DNA of 64,000 nucleotides from Mytilus trossulus (taxonomy: Eukaryota), in assembly GCF_036588685.1 (NCBI RefSeq), contig NC_086374.1, positions 9,982,001-10,046,000 of the forward strand, written 5' to 3'. The notes under the pieces are model-generated. The model worked only from the letters and a program-made list of their open reading frames with translations, was not told the DNA's origin and ran no database searches. The translations under genes and the position numbers were made by a program. The first letter of the stretch is position 1. The number at the start of each line of letters is the position of its first letter. This document shows, piece by piece, positions 48,011 to 60,828 of this stretch.

Positions 48011-49628
48011 TTAGCTCACCTGAACTGAAATTCTTTTGTTAATTTATATATAGTGGTCATTTTGCTTAGTTTCTTTTGTTACCTATTCTGACATCGGACT
48101 CGGACTTTTTAACACAGCGTTTTACTGAGTGTTTGTTTATTCTACATTGGCTAGATGTATAGGGTTATGATCTCACAAAACATGATTCACCCCGCCACGT
48201 GTTTGCTCCTGTCCAAAGGAGCTTCTGACCTTTGTTGATATTATATGATAATTTAAGTTTGTTTATATTTGTTGGAGTTAAGTCTCAACCACTAGACCAT
48301 TAATTCACACAATAACTGTTAATAAACATAAATAGCAACCGCCTTGAATTATGAGGAAGACCCAAAGTGAAGGGAGGGGTAGTACTGAATTTTAGTATGC
48401 GTTTATATCTTCAAAAGTTTCGGGAATATAAATGTTGAAAATATGCCGCACAGTCAAATAGTTTTACATTTGAAACAATAAATAGGACATATGATTTTTT
48501 CTATTTTAAGATAACATTTTTACGAAACCAGTAAAAGGAGTTCCTGTAGGAAGTTGTATTGTCTATGTTTTCATAAATGATTTGACATATGAACCTTTTA
48601 CTAATGAATTGACTGTAATGTTAGAGAGCGTACGTGTGCTCATTTGAAAATTGTCAGACGTTAAACGTGAATTTTAATCAGCATTACATTCAAGTTGTAT
48701 TGAATGGGTGTGTATGAGTAATGACAATAAAACTGCGGTATGAAAAGCACTTGAACTTAAAATCTTTCATTTATCTCTAATTTCTTTTCCATAGCTTCTT
48801 TAATAGACTAACAAAATATTATAGTAATCACTTTTACTGCACCAGATCCGCATTTTGACATTAACATTTTTCTTAGTGCTACTCGATGCCATAAAATGTG
48901 AAAATCCAAATATTATTTAAACATTGAAGAAGATTTATACGAAATGTCCTGTACCAAGTCAAAAATATGCCAGTTGTCATCTAATAGTTCGTTTATATGT
49001 TTGTTGCATTGTTGTTTGTATTTTTTGCAGATCAGTATTCCGTTGTTTCGTTGTTTCCCCCTTATAATTGATGGGTTTCCCTCGGTTATAGTTTATAACC
49101 TTGATTTATTTTCTCTCAAACGATTTATGACTTTCAACAGCTGTATTCTACTGTTGTTTTTATTTTTATGCCATTTAAATATGATGAAAAGACGTAAACA
49201 ATTATTATTTGAATTACATCTAAAAGCGGTATGTACATGATTTGCAAAGATTGTGTCTGCTTTGTTCAAAGTGAGAGGGTTAGCGCTATAAACCAGGTTT
49301 AATCCACCATTTTCTACATTTCAAAATGCCTGTACCAAGTCAGGAATATGATAGTTCTTGTCCATTCGTTTTTGATGCATTTTGTTATTTGATTTTGCCA
49401 TGTGATTATAGACTTTCCGAATTGATTTTCCTCTAAGTTCAGTATTTTTGTGATTTTACTTTATTTCCCTACATTTTAACTCCTATAATGATTATTATTA
49501 ATGTGACCTTAAACAGCATAATATTAAAAAGGGAATGTTATCCATCAATAATATGCAAGCTGACTTTATCATTTTATTGAAAGATGTAAAATATTCATAA
49601 ATATCTAAATTCAACTTTTTTCTTTCAG

Positions 49629-49795
49629 TCTTACTACAGTGGACATGTTTATGCGTATGATATGTATCAAAATACAAAAAACTTGATATTCGACACACAA
49701 ATGTTCTTCAATTCCAGAACCGCTTTCCAACAAGCATATGAAGGATCAAAATGGAATCAACTGATAGTTCCGCATTCACCAACAGATCACTTCAG
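49629..49795 (+). CDS. Exon 4 of Notch-ligand-like gene
   Basis: ttttttctttcag|SYYSGHVYAYDMYQNTKNLIFDTQMFFNSRTAFQQAYEGSKWNQLIVPHSPTDHF|gtaaat; phase 0 to 2. Confidence 0.82.
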
Positions 49796-50128
49796 GTAAA
49801 TTATTAATCTGATTTTAGACATAAAGATAAGCAAAGCAAACGTTAAGTTCAAGTTGCATTTAACTGGTCCACATATTTTTGTGGGTTTTGGCATACAAAT
49901 GTGGTGTCCTATCCTGGAATAAAAAAAAAGAATAATACACTTATCTCTCTATCTGGAATAATATTGAACTAAAAGATTTATACATTTTGTATTTGTATAT
50001 AAAGCACTTCAAACACGAAAACGTTCTTAAAAGCGTTAATAGTGCAAATTTTACCTCCCTAGATGTACATTTCTACAATAAATTTGTATTCAATTTTCAA
50101 TGCTGCTCGAGGCAAAACAAATTGAAAA

Positions 50129-50708
50129 AGGAGTAGGTCCGGTAAGACCCCTTTTTGGCCCCAAAATATAACAGTTTTACAAAATTGTTAAAATGTAAAC
50201 TATTAGTTATCTATTGGACAGTTGAATGCTTCTGCTACATTAATATGGGCTGATTTTGGCAATACAATGCACATATATCGGGTTGTAGCACCATTAAGTC
50301 ATGCTAAATTACTGAAATCTTCAAAATTCTATCATTTTAGTTAAATTTTAGACGGTTTCCGTGTAAAACGAAAGTGGCCGCATTCGTGTTCATCCTTAAT
50401 ATTGAAATGTAAGTTATATTTCATGATAATACATAACATATATAAAGGTTGTGGATGAACACGGATGCGGCCACTTTCATTTTTGACAAAAACCATCTGA
50501 AAAGTGACGTTTTTTGGCATATTTGAGAGATTTTTCATATTTGAGCTTGAATCGGATCTTTTTTTATGACTAAATCAGTTAAAATCTTTCACAAAAAATA
50601 ATTGAATCAAGTGAAATAGACACTTAAGTGTTTAAAAAGTGGTCAAATTCTTTCGTCAGATGAAACTGAAATTTGAGGCGAAAATGAGTCCTTACCGGAC
50701 CTACACCT
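50129..50708. mobile_element. MITE with ~35-bp TIRs
   Basis: aggagtaggtccggtaagacc..ttttggccccaaa / tttgaggcgaaaatgagtccttaccggacctacacct; internal inverted pair aaagtggccgcattcgtgttcatcc / ggatgaacacggatgcggccacttt. Confidence 0.82.
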
Positions 50709-50864
50709 TTAAGCATTTTTCAAGTAGCGAAGAGCTAAAAAAAATAAGTAAAAAATGCTTGCACTGTAAAAAAAAAAAATACATGTTCCGTTATCGGAAG
50801 ACACGTTTACATATTCGAATTACATGTATTATTATTGTCGCCTTTGATTTTACGTATATCTTGT

Positions 50865-51140
50865 TCATCTGTTTTATCCGGTACGCTCCCGTTAGGTGTA
50901 CGTTTTATGCGGTACTCGTCCGATGGATGAACGTTCGATCTCCGTTCTGTCCGGTACGTGTCCGTTTCCCGTACGTTGCATATCTTGTTTGTGTCCGTTA
51001 TGCATCTGTTACACGTCCATTTTATTCGGTCAGTTCATCAACGGACTCTCACTGGATAACAATTTTGTCAACGGACAACTTTTATTTTCATCCGTTTTGC
51101 GTCCGTTCGTGCTATCCGGTAAGGTGTGACCGAGGCTTTA
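50865..51140. mobile_element. One end of a PIF/Harbinger-like non-autonomous element
   Basis: Dense tccgt/ccgtt subterminal motifs ending gtgtgaccgaggcttta; the other end was not found. Confidence 0.5.
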
Positions 51141-51169
51141 CTAGCTTTGTAGCGGTATCGGTGGATTTT

Positions 51170-53085
51170 GCTCTTATCGTAAACGGCTGCCTATTTGATC
51201 CCATAAAAGTTCTTTATGATAGAAATTCGGTGATAATGCTTGCCAAGGGAGAACTTGAAAATTGTTTTCTCAAGATAGTCCATACAAGTCAATGCCACGT
51301 GACATCTGACGTTATCCTCTTGGAAAACGTTGTTGAAACCGCAGTGTCGAATTATTTCATCTCTATACCTCAAATCGTTCAAGTTAACATCAACGATGTT
51401 TAATTGTGTGCGTCCGTTGTGACATATTCTAGCCGATGCCACCAAACTTCCGCCTCCAAAACAGTTGCGGCAGTGTAATAGACATATCATGCGATTTTGA
51501 CGTTCTGCGACGTCGCATAGGGTCAGCCGTTACGGGGTCTATCATTTGTTGAGCCGGTGTCCTATAGCCATTCTTCCCCCATGCCAAAATTTCCGTGGGG
51601 AAATACTGGATCGATCCAATATTTCCCCCCGGAAAAATTAGCATGATCCTACTTTTCCCCCTCAGCGTTATAAGGGGAAAACTAGGATCAGGCCAATTTT
51701 TCCCCCGTGAAAAGCATGATAAGCTAAATTTTCCGCCTTGTAATATAACGTCGGCGACGTCACGATAAGATTTTTTAAATGATAGTAAAAAGTAAAAACA
51801 CAAAAAAACTGAACTCCGAGGAAAATTCAAAAAGGAAAATCCAAAATCAAAAGGCAAAATCAAAAGTCCAAACACATCAAACGAATGGATAACAACTGTC
51901 ATATTCCTGACTTGGTACAGGCATTTTCTAATGTAGAAAATGGTGGATTGAACCTGGTTTTATAGCTAGCTAAACCTCTCACTTGTATAACTTTTTTCTC
52001 AGTTTATAGTTACCAAAGCTTCATCGTGTGAATATACATTTGATATGTATTTATATGTGTTTTTCTATGTTGTGATGTTATACTATTGTTTCAGAAAAAG
52101 GGAGAAGGTTTGGTACTATTAAAACGTTTAACCCCGCTGCAAATGTTTGCACCTGTCCTTAGTCAGAAATCTTATGTACAGTAGTTGTCGTTTGTTTATG
52201 TAATTTATACGTGTTTCTCGTTTCTTGTTTTTTTTTAATATAACTTAGACAGTTGGTTTTCCCGTTTGAATGGTTTTACACTAGTAATTCTGGGGCCCTT
52301 TATAGCTTGTTGTTCGGGTGAGCCAAGGCTCCGTGCTGAAGGCCTATTATGGTTTACTTTAATAAATTTTTATTTCAGGATGGAGAGTTGTCTCATTGTC
52401 ACTCATATCACGTCTTCCTATATCTATATACATGTTATATATTTATTGACACGAAGCACATTCTGTTCAAATCCATTCTCTTCCGTGGACCCTTGGTATC
52501 ATTGACCAAATAAATACAATTACTTTAACCATTTCTGGCCAGTCAGTAGTTTTTTCCTTGCATGCGGACATATAGACAGTCATTTAAAAATGTAAAAAGA
52601 CTAGGGGACACATAGAAAACGGTTGAATAGAAAGAAAGACTAGTTGACAAAAGACAGACTGATAAACATGTAGACAGATTTGTGTAAATGTAAATGAACA
52701 ATAAATTTGTATATTTATAAATTAATTTAATTCTAACACTGTTCGGTTTAATTTCCAGACTCTATATAAACATAGTGAAATCTATGATGGGGGAAAGATT
52801 GGCATGGGGGAAAAGTTACTATATGTATACGTATTGTCAACTTTCCGCAGGGGAAGAATCACAATGGTCCAAAATTTCCCCAGGGGAAAGATTGGCTCAT
52901 GCCAGTCTTTCCCCCGGGGGAAAAACTAGCATGGGGGAAGAATGACTATATAACACCGGATTGCCTTAGACGAATTCCTGCCCCATGAACATGATTTTTG
53001 ACGTCAGCGTACGTCATCCCAGCTCTAACCCAGCACTTGTTTATGCTCAATTTGCGTACCATCAAATTCTCTAGGTTTTCACCAT
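51170..53085 (-). pseudogene. Decayed Tc1-family transposase, interrupted by the Ginger-like element
   Basis: MVRKLS..RAGMTYADV..RLRQ|SGSTNDRPR and FGGGSL...GRTQL...NLNDLRYRDEII...VFQEDNVRCHVA (Tc1 HTH linker and DDE region). Confidence 0.8.
51558..52955. mobile_element. Ginger-like non-autonomous DNA transposon (TGT...ACA, CCGG TSD)
   Basis: TIRs tgtcctatagccattcttcccccatgc / gcatgggggaagaatgactatataaca; CCGG at 51554-57 and 52956-59; subterminal ttcccc/ggggaa repeats; other repeats inserted internally. Confidence 0.82.
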
Positions 53086-53442
53086 CTTTTTTAAATGGCA
53101 AATTGTTTACCTGATGCAGTAGCCCAGTAATTGACATCAAACAATTCAAATGCTTCATTGATTCAAGGCGAACTCGATTACCGGACGAAAAGAGAACATT
53201 CAGGATTTTCGTCGTATTCGTTTCGGATTTGTTTTTGGCACAAAAGACTTAACAGATTCTTTTTACGTTGAATTCAGAAATAAATAAAATAATTCTGAAA
53301 CTTTAATCAGAAAAATATAGAATTATTGAAAAAATTAACTTTGCATCGTTTCTTTTGTTGACTAGTATATAAAAGTCGTTCAAGCCTATGTTTGTGTTGG
53401 ATAACAACCGCGATTCTAATATGACTTTCTTTCTGTGGCTTT

Positions 53443-53828
53443 AAGGAAGCTGGCTTGTCATGTTTTAGATTTTTTGTCACATTTTCGAAATCCTCTGGTT
53501 TTATCCATTTGAAAGCCTTGAAAAAAATTGCCCACTGACCCCCATTTTACTTTTTATAAATCTTTTACATGTATAATGATAAGCCATCTGTAAAAGTCTC
53601 ATAGAATTTTAATTACTTTTTAACAGTTTTTGAGAACTTGTCAATTATAAAGCTATGAAAAGTCAAGAGAGAATAACGCCAAAATGTCAATGGCTAATAT
53701 CTCGAAAACAAGAACGGTGACCTATATGTTTTTTTTTGCTCTTTGGATTCCTTAATCAATCAAAAATATCTATATATACTTGTGTTTTGAAAAGTTAATT
53801 ACTTTGAAACTGAGAAGCGAACTCCATA
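53443..53828. mobile_element. Probable MITE at a TTAA-like site
   Basis: Imperfect inverted ends ttaaggaagctggctt / aagcgaactccataa. Confidence 0.4.
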
Positions 53829-54874
53829 ACAAAGGCTGCACGTAATTGAAGTCGCAATTGAACCGTAAATATAAAAAAGAAGATGTGGTATGATTGCAAA
53901 CGAAACAACTGTCCACAAGAGACCAAGATAACACAGACATTAACAACTATAGGTCAACGTACGGCTTCCACAATGAGCAATGCCCATACTGCATAGACAG
54001 TTATAAAAGGCCCCGATATGACAATGTAAAAGAATTCAAACGAGAAACTAATGGCCTTATTTATATAAAAAAAAAATGAAGTCAGTTCAATTTTGATCTA
54101 CGCTAGCGATCAAAATGGACATTCTACATTTATAAAATATAAAATGGACAAGTTTAAAAGTACGTTTATAAATTGTGACATGGACAGAGAGTTGTCTCAT
54201 TGATACTCGCACCACATCTTCTTATGTCTATTTGTGTTCTCTCTAGGTAATTTAAAAATAAAAACACATTTACGTGTATCTGTTTAATTTTTATCGTTTA
54301 ACTGGTGAATTTCCTTAACGTTTCTAAAATGGCTTCCTTTCGAGCGTGAATTAAAAGTCCGCTTCGAAGTACACAAGTTGAAATTCAAAAAAATTCTAGA
54401 TGTCATGCTCTATGCTCATTTAAGCATGCGTAGGCTTTGTATTTGTAAACATATAACACTTCGCTAACGCTTTGTATAAAAAAAAATTATACGTGTGCGT
54501 GCAAAACAAATTTCCTGGTAGAAGGGTCTAAATACTAAACAACATTTTTCAAAAGACAAAAAAAAATATTTTAACAAAACGCATTTGACTAGCAGGTCAA
54601 ACAACGGACGAATTTGTTCTTTAACCATGATGACTGCCATTGCCAAATAAACGGATCACTAGATGTAACAATTTGGTCTTAATTATTGTTCTATTAAAAA
54701 ACAGAAACAATTAACTTGCGGAAAAAATGGTAAACCGCAAACAATAGTTGCAGAAATAAGTACACCATATCCTGATTTCGACAATTAATTTTATTGTTTT
54801 AGAGGATGCAGTGTTTGTCGATATTTAGAAAGACAATGCTACTTATTTTCTATCTATCAATTCTATTTTTTCAG

Positions 54875-54996
54875 TTTAAAATTGCATTATAAGTTATACT
54901 GCAGCATTAATGCATATAAAGACAGAAACCAAGGGTGTTTAAACTGCAAATCAGATATGAAAGTCCACGAATGTTCATTAAGAAGCTGCAAACCAG
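54875..54996 (+). CDS. Exon 5 of Notch-ligand-like gene (end of C2 plus incomplete DSL motif)
   Basis: ttctattttttcag|LKLHYKLYCSINAYKDRNQGCLNCKSDMKVHECSLRSCKP|gtaata; phase 2 to 1. Confidence 0.82.
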
Positions 54997-55882
54997 GTAA
55001 TATTTTTTAAAAGAAAGTAAGGAAAATAAAGTTATACTTGAAAATTATCTTTGAACAATTCTCTTCAGGGAGCTTTATTATCTTTTCATAAAAATCACTT
55101 TATCAATTTCATATGTCCGAGGCGCTTTTATGGATTAACCTATATCAAGAACGCTCGAAAGCGAATATCGATGTTTTAGAATTTAAACAATTTTAAAGTA
55201 ACGGCAAACGGTTATTGTCCCTACTTTTAATACGGTTCGTGTATGTCAATGGCTCACTTAAGTACTTATATTATGTTAAGATGTTGTCTTTTGTGCTGAT
55301 TTCATTACTCTTTGATATAAAATAAGAAGATGTGACAAGACTGCAAATGAAACAACTCTCTGAAAGATCGAGACCAATAACACAGAAATTAACAACTATA
55401 GTGTTTGGCAGTAATAGTAACGTTACTCGACGTAGTTTTCAATAATTTCAACAGACTTCTTCACAAAACGTCAAACATTTGAACTATTTTAATACAGCTG
55501 GCATTTTGATGTTAAACTATGTATTTATATAAAAAAAAGAAGACTGAAAATGACTCATTATATATTTGAGAAATAAACTATATTTCCTCATAATCTGAAC
55601 TTATTGAAAGTATTTATTTCAAATATTTGTCACTGCCCAAGCATGTCAATTGTTGCAAAATGCATATCCTTTTTGGTGGTCAAGACTTCCTCATTGCAAG
55701 TATCTAAGTATAGGCATATTTATCGCGTGGAATCAGCCGGTACCAAAGTTGTTAGTACTTTATTAGTATAAATGTTATCAACCCGTCTTCAACTGTTCTT
55801 TTCGAACTACAAATATAGCCAATGATTCATAGGTATTTCACTTACATTATGTCATATTTTTAATATTAGCATAAAAAAAAAA

Positions 55883-56490
55883 TTCCATCTTCATTTAAAC
55901 TGGTAAAAGTCAGTTTATAAGAACAAAAGGCTCAAAACATGATGTTTTCAATTACAGACCAATTGTAATTTTACTACCAATTTCTAAAATTCTTGAAAAA
56001 CATGTGAAATATCTTAATAAATACAACTCATTGTGTAAAATGCAGTAAGGCTTTCTTGCAAACCATTCTTGTTAAACTGCGTTGACACCTTTAATAGATA
56101 AGTGGCTTGAAGCCATTGATAATGGAGATCTTGTTGGTGCAATGTTTCTAGTTAACATTTTCTTACCGTAATCATAAACTGTATAATCCTAATCATAACA
56201 CCGATCTTTTTGCTGATGATAGCACCATATCAGTCATTGGACAAAACAAAAGTTGCTTCAGTCAAAATCTTAATACGGTTTTACAAGATATGTTTCGCTG
56301 GTGTGATGACCATTAAATGGCTGTAAATGTATCTAAAACGAAAGCTGTATGAATTGGATCAACCAAAAACTTTCCTTTACATCAAATGAAAACATTAATC
56401 CTGCTTTAAATGAACAACCAATTATAGAAAGTACATGTGAAAAGGTTCTAGGTATTGTTATTGATGCATCTCTATCTTGGACTTTCATAT
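55883..56490 (+). pseudogene. CR1/L2-like LINE RT fragment
   Basis: NYRPIVILLPISKILEKHV, GFLANHSC.TAL..LIDKWLEAIDNG.LVGAMFL, LFADDSTI. Confidence 0.82.
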
Positions 56491-56699
56491 CGATTATATG
56501 ATCACGACGAAAAGTTCAATTATTTACATATGTTCTGTACAGTTTGAAGATAGTTAATGTACTACTAGCAGCAGTTGCGAATATAATAGTTCTTGTCCAT
56601 TCGTTTTAGATGCGTTTTGTTATTTGATTTTGCCATGTGATTATGGACTTTCCAAATTGATTTTCCTCTGAGTTCAGTATTTTTGTTTTTTTCTTTAAC

Positions 56700-57705
56700 A
56701 ATTTACAAGAATTTTAAATAAAGTTTACACACATGAAATTAAACTGTTCAAGTTCTTCATTCGTAAGATCAAAATCGGTGTCACAGGCAAGAATACAATT
56801 AAGCAATTTATTGTCAGTTATAATTCCTAAGTAAACACTAAATGTAATCGGGTTTATGTCTAAAACACTCCTTCAAAGTTGATCTCGAGGATCAACTGGA
56901 TAGTCACATGATAATATTGAATGAGTACAAGGATCATTTATCGTTTACCATATTTATCGCATAATATTCTGTTGTTTTGTAAGTTCTCGCGTATCAGACA
57001 GCACGTTAATGTTAAAAAATGGGCCTGCCTGTGCATCAGTGGGTGACGTATTGTTACTCTCCATGCCGCATGCGGTACACAAAACTAGTGAACGCTTTAA
57101 AAACAACAAAATCAGGATCCACTGCCATACGATGATGCCACTTTAATACCTCAACCTTATAAATTGACGTCTTGACTACCGATTTCCAAGTTGCCGAACT
57201 TGGAAATTGTCCATCATTGAGAAACTGATCAAGATATTTCGATAAAACATATTTTTTGAGTATTTCAATAATTTCACAAGCGAAACCTAATCTGGTGTCA
57301 TATTGATTATATCTAGCATCAATGAGTCTACGGAGAAGAATACGGAATGAGACAGCTGAGTATCGAAGGCGACATGTTCTTCCAAAGAACAACAGTTTTC
57401 GATCACATATAAAACTTTCAATTGAAAGCCATCCTAACAATGATACGCACATGTGCTTCTTGTTCTTCTTGGTAAACGTTGTATAAATTTACAAATATAG
57501 TGGTGAGTTCTTTCAATCATCAGTGTTTCAGTGCAGGTAAGTTTTCCCCATAGTTCACAACCGTATAGTGCTTTCGGATAGCAGAGCTGACGTATAATCT
57601 TTGCGCATACAATTTGATTTACAATGGCTCGGTGTATTCCAAGGCGTATAACTGATGTCGTTGTCGAGCGCAAGATGCGACAAGCTCTAAGAGTTCTGTC
57701 CATTG
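56700..57705 (-). pseudogene. 3' part of a non-LTR retrotransposon ORF2
   Basis: PKALYGCELW..ICKFIQRLP..LLGWLSIESFICDRKLLFFGR; clade not determined. Confidence 0.7.
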
Positions 57706-57711
57706 TTTTTA

Positions 57712-59910
57712 AAAGAGGGACGAAAGATACCAAAGGGACAGTCAAACTCATAAATCTAAAACAAACTGACAACGTCAAGGCTAAAAATGAAAAAGACAAA
57801 CAGAAAAACAATAGTATAATACGACACAACATAGATAACTAAAGAATAAACAACACGAACCCCACCAAAAACTAGGGGTGATCTCAGGTGCTCCGGAAGG
57901 GTTAGCAGATCCTGCTCCACATGTGGCACCCGACGTGTTGCTTATGTGATTACAAATCCGGTAAATAGTCTAATTCGGTAGGTCACATTCATGAAAGGAA
58001 AGGGGATTGTAGTTACGACGTAAATAACATATCCGATATCATTTGTGAAACGGTTATTCCATAACGGTCAACCAACTCGTGATGACGTCCGTAAAATTTA
58101 CGAAGGGATGATATCAACTTCACCATTTGGAACTCTTGGTTTAATAGCTTCCTTGTGAGCAGTAACCCTCTATCAAGAAAATCATGATAGGAAATGCAAG
58201 CACGGGAATATCGTATCAATTGGGAGATATATACCCCGTATGCAGGTGCTGCTGGAATGTTCCTACTTAGAAATAGAAAGTTCACAATTGGAAAGCTGAA
58301 ATCATCTCTTTTGTCGTAAAGTTTTGTTTTCAACCGACCCTCATTGTCCATTTCTAGATGTAAGTCAAGATATGAAGCCGACTTAACTGTATCTGTAGTA
58401 TCCTTTATCTCCAATTCGATGGGAAAGATGCGTTCCACATAGTCACCAAATTTTGAATTGTTTAGTGAAAAACGTCATCTATATAGCGGAAAGTAGACTT
58501 AAAGAATATTGCTATCTTTCTTCCTAAGAAGTTCCTGCATGAAGTCAGCCTCATAAAAATAGAGAAACAAGTCGGCAAGAAGAGGGGCACAGTTTGTTCC
58601 CATTGGGATGCCGACAGTCTGTTGAAAAACATGTCCTCCGAACGTAACAAATATGTTGTCAATCAAGAAATCAAGCATCTTGCTAATATCGGTTTCAGAG
58701 AATTTTTTGTTTGAATCAGAGTGATTCTTTACAAAGGTAGGATTTATCCCTCCCTAAGACAAGATACTTGTATCTACGTTGGCCATTCTTTTTTATGAAG
58801 CAAAGTAATACCAACTCTTTCAATTCGTCTTTTAGTTTGGAATGTGGAATACTTGTGTAAAGAGTAGAAAAGTCAAATGTTTTAATACTGTTACAAGATG
58901 AAAGAGAGTTAGATTGTATGTACTCTAAAAGATCTTTGGAATTTTTAAGTATCCACATCTGATTCACGCCAACTCTAGAATAGGCAGTTTCACAATAACT
59001 TTGAAGCCCGTCTTTGATTGCTGATAAAATAGATGTTAATAATTTAGAAAGAGGTTTCGTGGAGCACTTGCAAGACCCAGCAATATACCGTTGTTTGTAA
59101 GGACACTTATGTAGTTTAGGTATCCAATACAGTGATGGAAGATCCAGTTCTTCATCTTTGGTTGACATACCAAAGGAACAAAGAACAGACCTATGATTAT
59201 CCAGGATTTCCTCTTTGGTAAGTGTCGTGAGGTTATATGTTGAGTTTACAAGTGAATTGTCTATACCTAATTCGTTTATCAAGAATTAATGAAATGACTT
59301 TTACAGACAAAAACGATGTTGTTTGGGGCTTTGTCTGCGGGGACAACAACATATTTATCATGGAGGAACATTAGGGTCTTTAAAGATTGACGTAGCATGG
59401 GCATTGTTGGACCCATTCAGTTTCTTAATTCTGATTTGTATTAACGACCTCACTGCCTTAATCCATTCGGATAGAGTGTCTACGTCTTCCTTCTCGCGCA
59501 TAGCCCATTGCCTGGCATAATCCTCGACTGAATCCATCAAAATTGTAAAGTTGTATTTCCAATTGATGGAAATAGGCTCAGTCCCCCTCACGATATTTCG
59601 GACCTTTCGATAACACATTTCGTAGAGAGGTGTTACTAACAATGTTAAGGTCACCAGTAATAACGTGGCCAGCAGGATTATATGTGAATTGGGAACTAGC
59701 ACAAGTGCAATCAGGAGGTTTAGACTTGAAGTCGTCAATATCGAGATCCTGCAAAACGCGTTTGTAATTGAAACTTTTAGGATCTTTTAGTTGTAATAGG
59801 TTTGGTATAGGTATAAGAAATTATTGGTACAGACTGGTCTTTGAAATAAGGAGGTATTTTCGATTGAACTAATTTATGATGAAGGATATTGCCTAGGTTG
59901 ACGCCATCAA
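57712..59910 (-). mobile_element. 5'-truncated Penelope-like retroelement with frameshifted RT
   Basis: CTCASSQFTYNPAGHVITGDL..KGPKYRE; LPSLYWIPKLHK; KTFDFSTLYTSIPH; GIPMGTNCAPLLADLF; FRYIDDV; YLDL..LYDKRDDF..PAYGVYISQLIRY; ~300-bp 3' region; no GIY-YIG downstream of the RT. Confidence 0.85.
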
Positions 59911-60688
59911 GACACAATACGCATAAAGGTGAAAAACACCCCCCCTTTCTGCGGATGATGGGCAAATACACCGAGCCCTAACCCTTCAAGGCTGTGAAAT
60001 ACAAGGTTTATTTCGAGAGTATCTGAGAATAGATGGTAAGATGACAGCTTGTGAAACAGGAGATAGGCTTGTTATAAGCAAGACTCTAGACAAACCAATC
60101 CCCAGAAATCTGCCTATTGGAAGATATTTTGGGAGAATTTTCCATGCTGGTCAACCTGAATTCCAAAATAACAACAATGGTGAAAGAGAAGAGAGAACAT
60201 GTCACAAATGTCTTAAACCTGGCCATTTGCTTTTCCAATGTCCCAATGACTGGGTTTGCAAAACATGTAAGGAAAGCGGCCACAAAATGTTAGATTGTCC
60301 ACAAAATTTTCAGACTGTTGATGAACATGATCATGATGAATCTAGACAGCAACCTGAGAATGACAATATTGCATCTGTTGACAACACAGATCAGGATAAA
60401 AATGTAGATCACACTGAAATAGAAGTTCCTACAATACCACCTGCTAAAAAACAATCTGGAAAAAAGAACAATAACAGCAAAGCATCTACTAGCAAGACAG
60501 TTGCACCAAAAAGAAATAAAAATGGAAATAGTGACAATGTAGACAAAGTACAACTCCCAATAGATAGATCTGTTAGAACACCACATAGGAGAACAGTAAA
60601 TGCAAGTGACAGATCACCTCCAACACCTACAGAAGCTTTACATGACAAAACTAGTGGAACCATTGGAACTAAAAAAAGTAAAGGATAA
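59911..60688 (+). CDS. L1/Tx1-like LINE ORF1 (RNA-binding region plus two CCHC knuckles), 5'-truncated
   Basis: DTIRIKVKN.PLSADDGQIHRAL..CETGDRLV..CHKCLKPGHLLFQC..CKTCKESGHKMLDC plus a low-complexity basic tail; one frameshift in the C7 run at 59939-45. Confidence 0.8.
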
Positions 60689-60828
60689 TTCAAATGTATA
60701 GAATCACAAAACAATGACAATGATTGTACAATAGTTTTATCATACAAATTAACTAAAAAAAAATATGACAAAAATGACAATTAATCTGTTTCAGTATTGT
60801 TTTTGTTTTTCTGAAATTTAATCTTAAT

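Noticed and set aside
50639-51403. 254-aa ORF
   Set aside because: Runs across a MITE end, a Harbinger-like repeat and the antisense strand of a Tc1 remnant; chimeric chance ORF.
57915-57995. SECIS element in the Penelope-like 3' region
   Set aside because: ATGA and a short helix (atgtga/tcacat) exist on the minus strand, but the 3' GA of the quartet is missing and I saw no conserved in-frame TGA.
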